DNA of 25,968 nucleotides from Elsinoe ampelina (Eukaryota): NCBI GenBank assembly GCA_010093995.1, contig ML992510.1, positions 1,089,132 to 1,115,099 of the forward strand, read 5' to 3'. Shown piece by piece: positions 20,152 to 25,968 of this stretch (position 1 is its first letter; each line of letters starts with the position of its first letter). The notes under the pieces were generated by a model. It saw only the letters and a program-made list of their open reading frames with translations, ran no database searches and was not told where the DNA came from. The position numbers and the translations under genes were made by a program.

Positions 20152-23089
20152 ATGAAGCAGGTTCGACTTCTGTTTTACTTCACGTTTGTCTTCATCTTTG
20201 GTAGCGCTCATGCAGGGCCCCAAGACCGCGCTTCTCCTTTCATATCACAAAGCTTCGACAAGATAGCACTGCTTGACGCTGGAAGGAGCATTTCCATAGT
20301 GCCGCTCGACTTTCCAATCACGACCAGCTTGTACGACTCTAGATGGACTATTGAGCAGTTGTTCAAGAGCAAGGCAGCAAACGAGAAAGAGCACCTCCAT
20401 AGCTTGCATCAGTGCGCCGTACAGCTTCGGCAGTACGAGGAATATGGCTATAATGAGGATCTTGAGCAGTCCTACCAGGCCAGCACACGGTATTTCAACA
20501 ATTCCAGAGATGATCCAGTTGACCTTGAATGGGAGTTCTGTGACGTCCAGAAAGTGAGCACGGGAAGGGTCCCGTCTACCAACAGCCATCGAATTTCACT
20601 TATCACCAGATACGCCTCGGCGGCAGCCGCTTGCGATCCAAGGACTTTAGCTTCGAGCACATATTGTCCAGACCTCTGGCTTCTCTCGAGGGAATTCTTC
20701 TCAGCATCTCTAAGCATTGTGAGGAAGGGTACGTTCGTTGCCTGGGTCAGCGCACCATACGCCACTTCCTACGCCAGTCCTTGGTGCTCTCGGAATGGCG
20801 TAGAAACCTGTCAGCTAAGAGTTGATATGGCAAGCATAAGATATTGTACTTTTCTTCTGGACACGTATCATGGAATCGGCTGACCAGCACAGGGAACTAT
20901 TCAGATCTCACCCATGGCTCATGTCAGCCCGGCCGGGTCAAGGTAGCGAAGGTGGACACTCTGGACCCGGAAATTGGCGCATCGACAGTGGAGATGAATG
21001 GCACAACTTACACTTCGCCATTGATATACGTGACCTACCAAGGAGTTGCATATACCTCGACTGATCCATCAGGAGTCGTCACCGTGACAAGAATTACTGC
21101 CGATCGATTCACGTACTCTCTTCATCCAGATACCGCATCGACTGTTTGCGGAAACCAAGAGACACAACAAACCCTGCCGCTCACACTCGGAGACCTTCAA
21201 AAGCCTCTGCCATGGCGTGAAGTCGCTTGCGATCCAGAATGCTTGGAATCACAGTACTGCATCTCACGGCTTTATAGAGAAGCAGTCATTCGGCTTGCCT
21301 GGCCCCAAGCCTTCCTTGCTCAATTGCAAGATCAATACCGGCTGGATCTCGAAGGATGTAACCTTGCAATAGACAAGTCTCTTTTCGTAAGCGATCTAAT
21401 CCACTGTCACTGAAGGAGGCTGACATGCGCAAGTTGCCACAGGATTTGATCACTCTGATGAGCCCAAACACCTTGATTCGGGCAGACCAATTGACAGGAG
21501 ATGAAGGAAAAGTAGGAGGAATCTACTTTGATCCCATTGATGGCAGCCGCGAAATCATAACCGACGATGAGCAGCTGCGTCCGACCCCAGTCCTTACCCC
21601 TCCTGCTCGAGAAACAATTTTGACACCGACGTCTGTCCCTGGCGAAAGTACTGGAGAAGTAGCTCTGCCGACCAATTCAAAAAGTCCTTTTGCAATGCCC
21701 ACCTTGCTCCCAGATACTTCCGCTTCTTCAAACACAAACACACGCACTCGCGGCCTAGGCGACCTCATTGCTAGTATGATAGGCTGGTCCTCGGGTCGAG
21801 ATGTTGATGCCCCGAAGGCGCCTATCTCTGTTACTACGTCTACTCAATCCAGCGTTTCAACTGGGTCGGATGATGGGCCGGACGTTGCAGTACCCAGTGA
21901 GACGAAGCAACTCGACATCCCTGGCAAAGGAGGGAACGGAATCTTGCCTGGAATTCAAGCTCTACTGATCTCGATCATTCCGCCAGCCAGCCAAACACTC
22001 ACATCTCAGAAAGCCAAAATAGGAGACCTCATCATGTCCATGATCAACCCAGTGCCACAAGCTCCGGTAGTCCCTGGTGCAGACCCGGCCAGCCCCAACA
22101 CCATAATCACATCCGTAGTGGATCCACAAACATACCCATCCACGACATCTCCTGCCTCACAAGCCATCATTCCCGCAAGCGACGGCTTCATGACCGTCTG
22201 GCATGGCGGAGATAACGCTAACGTCCTCTCCGGCACAACTTTCTGGGCAGGAGATACCGCGATTCTTCAATCCCAGGTAGTGTCCTTCCAATCAGACGGA
22301 GTCGTGCTCTTGCCTCTTCCCACTCCTCCCGTGGACGGTATAATGGCATCAACGGCCGCTTCAACGTATCGGTATCTTCCTGTCCCCACCGATGCTCCAG
22401 AGATGGTTGGTGCGGTGGTCACTTTTGCGGGGTCAACGGTGAAGGTGGAGAAGCATGAGAGTGATATGGTCGTCGCGGGCGGGACGACGCATCGGGTCGG
22501 GGATATGGCGATTGTCGACGGACATACGCTTGGGATCGAAGCTGAAGGTGTGGTTGTCTCCAACGTGGGGGGATCTGTGACGGTCTCCTACTCGACGATC
22601 CGTGCTGGGGGCGATGTCGAAGAGACCGCCGTGGTCGGAGGGGCTGTGGTGGAGTTCGGCGGTAGCGCTGTCACTGTTGCGGGGGAAAGAGTCAGCTATG
22701 GGACTGGTGGTCTTGTGGTGGGTGGTGAGACGGTGGCTGTCCCGACGGGCTCGTCACATGTGACGCTATCTGATGGACGAGCTGTCTCTATTGGTATTGT
22801 TTGCGACGGCATGAGCGAGAGTTCGAGGTCTGCCTATGGCAGCGCTGGAGTCACAGGGACACAGGTGCCATCGATTGCGAATGTCCTACCTTCCAACTCC
22901 AGCACTACTGTTGCATCCTCCACGAGCGCAAGCGAACGCGGGCCGATGGCGTCGTCAACAGTGCAGAGCCAGGGATCTGGAGCAAGCAGTAATGCGACCC
23001 CACAGCCTGCTGGCAGTGTAGGCGCACATGTCTCCCCTAAATATCTGGTGGTCGTGCTTGCGATACTCAGCGGGGCAGTCCTGCTCTGA
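20152..23089 (+). CDS. Secreted, probably GPI-anchored, Ser/Thr/Pro-rich surface protein with a Cys-containing N-terminal domain
   Basis: Signal peptide MKQVRLLFYFTFVFIFGSAHA. Introns 20846-20892 and 21387-21433 join ORFs 20152, 20844 and 21425 (IRYWNY...NGTTYTSPLIYVTY...LGDLQKPLPW..C...C). Gly/Val beta-type repeats follow, and the protein ends in the hydrophobic tail GAHVSPKYLVVVLAILSGAVLL. Confidence 0.78.
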
Positions 23090-23435
23090 TATCATCTCTT
23101 GCGAATGACATATCAACGGAGACAGCTGTCTGGGCCGTGAATAACCATCAAGCTGTCATATTGTGGACTGCAAGCGCCTGGTTGCATTGGGAATAGATTG
23201 GACGTTACCAATTTGGGAGATTGAGGTTGTACAAGATCCCCTGCTCGAGAATGATAGGATATGTTCGATTGTCACAGCTCCGCATTGTGGATCTAAGACA
23301 GGCTATATGATCAATGTTGTTTCCTCCGCCAGACGTGCAAGCAGACCTACCCATTGGCAGCACTAGAGACCAATTCGCAGACACACAACCAATCAAGTGT
23401 TCGGTTACAATCAACGGTGGAGGACCGCACAGGAT

Positions 23436-23852
23436 ATGCCGCCCAATCCAGCAATTCTCAAGAAGAGAGCACAACCGATCAAGGACACACCGACAACTGC
23501 CGCGTCTGTTCAGAGCCCCCATCCACTTGAGGAACTTCACGAGACCAGTCGCAGGTCGACGCTGACCTCGCCAACGTTCTTTGCGTCGTTGCGACGGAAA
23601 ACCAAGCCGGAAAAGAGACCATCTCAAGAAGCTGCATCGAAGTCATCGCAGCGGTCCCAGACGCGGCCGTCAAGTGCTGTTGCATGGGAGAAGAATGCAA
23701 GGTACGGCGGAGGAGGTGTAGCGAAAGCACGAAAACGGAGGAAAGGTTCGCGACGCGAGCTTATCTGTACAGAGTCGCTGAAGGGGTATGAGAGCCCTCA
23801 GACACAGAGCAGGTACAATCTCCGTCCACGGAGGGCGGTCTGCTACTACTAG
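23436..23852 (+). CDS. Small basic, probably disordered protein (138 aa), unknown function
   Basis: ATG at 23436. K/R/S-rich, with NLS-like KARKRRK and C-terminal RYNLRPRR. No domain recognised. Confidence 0.42.
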   Translation: MPPNPAILKKRAQPIKDTPTTAASVQSPHPLEELHETSRRSTLTSPTFFASLRRKTKPEKRPSQEAASKSSQRSQTRPSSAVAWEKNARYGGGGVAKARKRRKGSRRELICTESLKGYESPQTQSRYNLRPRRAVCYY

Positions 23853-24525
23853 CCTGCTCGTACTCGTGCCAGGAAGAGATGCACGGCGGATGGGAATGTC
23901 GGAGCTCGGACAACCTTGCCGGAAGAAGTGTATGCAAGAGATGGGGTACGATAGAGCGTAATGTGTCCTCATCGGCATCATGTAGAAGGGCAAGCAGCAT
24001 GGTCTGTTGTTACAACCCTGTCCAGTAAGAACGGGGAATTTGGCAAGATTGGATCGTGGTAGATGGATCGACTCCAAGTCCTTGTGGTGTCGATAGTGCT
24101 TTCATTCACGAAACAGTGGGTGGACATTATCCTGATCGTCATTTGCGTATGCCATACCGTGCAGTATTGCAGCTGGCGGTGCAATCAGGCGTCAAGACTC
24201 CGAATTGTACCATTGACGAAGATGCTCTCGTGGCAGAAGAAATGCAGACTTGAGAAGTGTCTCACTTAAGCCTGTGGGTCGAAGAATGTCGACACATGCC
24301 GGAGACGCTGAAGGAGGGGTGTGGACGTGATGGTCAGCGTATCCGCAAGAACAATGTCGAATCTTCCAACGACGGAATTTCCAGCTGAGCATGACCAGTC
24401 TGACACGGCTCTAAGAATATCGAGCGTATCACAGGAAAGATACGTAGGCATGCTCATGAGCGTCGCGAAGACCTGCGCCTTGCCTGTCGCTGATTGGATG
24501 GATTGATTGCGGCGCGTGCTCGTGC

Positions 24526-24667
24526 TGTTGTAACTAGCAAATCGGATCGAGAGACGTGTGTTTCATTCAGAGAGTTACAATAACCGATTTATCTACTGTG
24601 CGTGCGCTGACTCATCAGTACTAGTTCTTTAGTACCAGAGAAGCTATACCAGCCTTCTATTACAACA
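24526..24667 (-). repeat. 142-bp LTR (3' LTR of a minus-strand LTR retrotransposon)
   Basis: Perfect 8-bp terminal inverted repeats TGTTGTAA...TTACAACA, directly abutted by CTCCCCCTCT (24668-24677), i.e. polypurine tract AGAGGGGGAG then TGTTG on the minus strand. This junction is typical of Ty1/copia. Located at the GC/AT boundary. Confidence 0.78.
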
Positions 24668-25344
24668 CTCCCCCTCTAGTATAGATTACTAAAGCTAGAG
24701 AACTGTCCTGTTACATGTAAGTAAAGTAATTAGCTTATTACTTTATCTCTTTATAATTGCTTGTGATTATTAGTGTTAGCTAATCATTAGTAAGAATTCA
24801 CTATTAGTTTAGCTTATAATTGCTAGCAACAATAGTAACTATTAACAATAGCTAGGCAGCTATTGTTTATATAAATAGACTAGCTTATAAGTCTTAATTA
24901 AAGAGATATAAGTATCTAACTAGCCTCTTTATAATTTCTCTTTCCTTTATTATACTTATAGTAGTAGCCTTTTCTTTTATATAACACTTTTACCTTCTTA
25001 CTATGCTATATTAATAACACTTATAACATAAGCGCTATAGTGTAGTAACAGCTAGGCATTAGTAGTATTACTACTAGTGCTAGTGCTCTAAGTAGTCTAC
25101 TAGGTAGTAGAGGTAGTAGCAAGAAGAGAAATTCTCTATTAAGGTTACCTAGTACTTCTAATGTTAATTACAATACTACTATAAGACTAATTACTTATCT
25201 TAATACTCTTAGTAAGTAGCTATAAAGCATTAATAGCATAAGCTAACATTAATAGCCTAATTAACTTAGACTTTAACTTAATAGTTAGCCGACATAATCT
25301 AGAATACTCTCCTTAGGCTTAGGATAATTAGTTATTATAACTAT

Positions 25345-25690
25345 ACTAACTTGTATTCTATCTAGAAGTCTATAGTAGTCTAGGCCTTTAATACCCGTAG
25401 TATACACCTAGTAGTTACTAATCCTATCCTAGTTAAGGATCTAACTAAGTAAGTTAACCTTACTAGATCTACTAACTACTCTACTGCTTTAATAGCTTCT
25501 AGTGCTACTAGTAGAGTAGTCTACTATAGCACTAATTACTACACTAAGTGTTAGGGATCTAACCCTAGTAATAATTAGAGCAAGGGTAGAGGTAGTAAGT
25601 TTAGTAAGTGTATTACTTTACCTAGTTAGCTTAATAAGGCCTACACTTGCTATACTTATAGCAACTAATATACTAGATGTTTCTTAGCTA
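25345..25690 (+). pseudogene. RIP-mutated six-cysteine ORF resembling DUF3716
   Basis: Plus frame reads VNLTRSTNYSTALIAS...YYTKC*G...KGRGSKFSKCITLPS*LNKAYTCYTYSN*YTRCF. Reverting TAC/TAT to TGC/TGT gives CxxC-x19-C-x10-CxxC-x8-C, with F..CV and ACxxC motifs. Confidence 0.5.
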
Positions 25691-25968
25691 ACTATACTTT
25701 AACTCTAAGGCCTATTAGCTCTCCTAAACCTATAAGGACCCTAAGTAGCTTAAGGGTCATTACCTAGCCTATTCTATATAGCCTAATACACCTACTAATA
25801 GAGCTTCTAAGGTCTGTCTCTTTTAGTAGTGCTTTGCCTTAGAGGTTCTTACTAAGGGCCTATATACTAGAGGCATTATTAGGTGTAGTTAACACCTTAA
25901 TAACTTATACTAACTCTCGCTACTTTATAGTAGTCCCTATAAACTTTATAGATCCTACTAACCTAACT

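Larger units (their letters stand above)
24526..25968 (-). mobile_element. RIP-degraded LTR retrotransposon, 3' end, continuing beyond the window
   Basis: LTR and PPT followed by TpA-saturated, stop-rich AT sequence. No pol motifs recognised inside the window. Confidence 0.8.

Noticed and set aside
20554..20609. Possible intron GTGAGC...CAG in the surface-protein gene
   Set aside because: Splicing it shifts the frame into a stop at ~20825, whereas the unspliced frame stays open to the next intron.
23880..24330. Fragments resembling a UBA motif (MQEMGYDRA*) or a zinc finger
   Set aside because: Too short and stop-interrupted to support a call.
3304..24525. Starship or other giant mobile element
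   Set aside because: No tyrosine recombinase (DUF3435) captain or element boundaries were seen, and core genes such as BUD23 are present.
1..25968. CRISPR arrays, tRNA, rRNA or telomeric repeats
   Set aside because: No regular repeat-spacer pattern, cloverleaf, rRNA motif or TTAGGG array was seen. The apparent repetitiveness of the ends is due to RIP.

Overview
Filamentous ascomycete (Pezizomycotina-type) genomic DNA with short GT-AG introns. A ~21 kb GC-balanced gene island (~3.3-24.5 kb) lies between two AT-rich, TpA-saturated blocks typical of repeat-induced point mutation (RIP). The left block holds two different RIP-degraded Ty3/gypsy-type gag remnants. The right block starts with a short LTR plus polypurine tract and carries a RIP-degraded six-cysteine (DUF3716-like) ORF antisense to that LTR. 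The island encodes, in order: a 2EXR-domain protein, a small secreted Cys-containing protein, a head-to-head 2xLysM-CBM18-GH18 killer-toxin-type chitinase with a hydrophobic C-terminal domain, a divergent Pch2/TRIP13-like AAA+ ATPase, a CSC1/OSCA channel, an F-box gene broken by two TAG codons, BUD23, an SDR relic, a secreted GPI-like Ser/Thr-rich protein and a small basic ORF. The best candidate for a new system is the divergent pair of secreted protein and chitinase, which resembles a chromosomal zymocin-like carrier/cargo toxin, with the adjacent 2EXR gene as a speculative immunity factor. All family calls come from motif recognition by eye; no database search was run.
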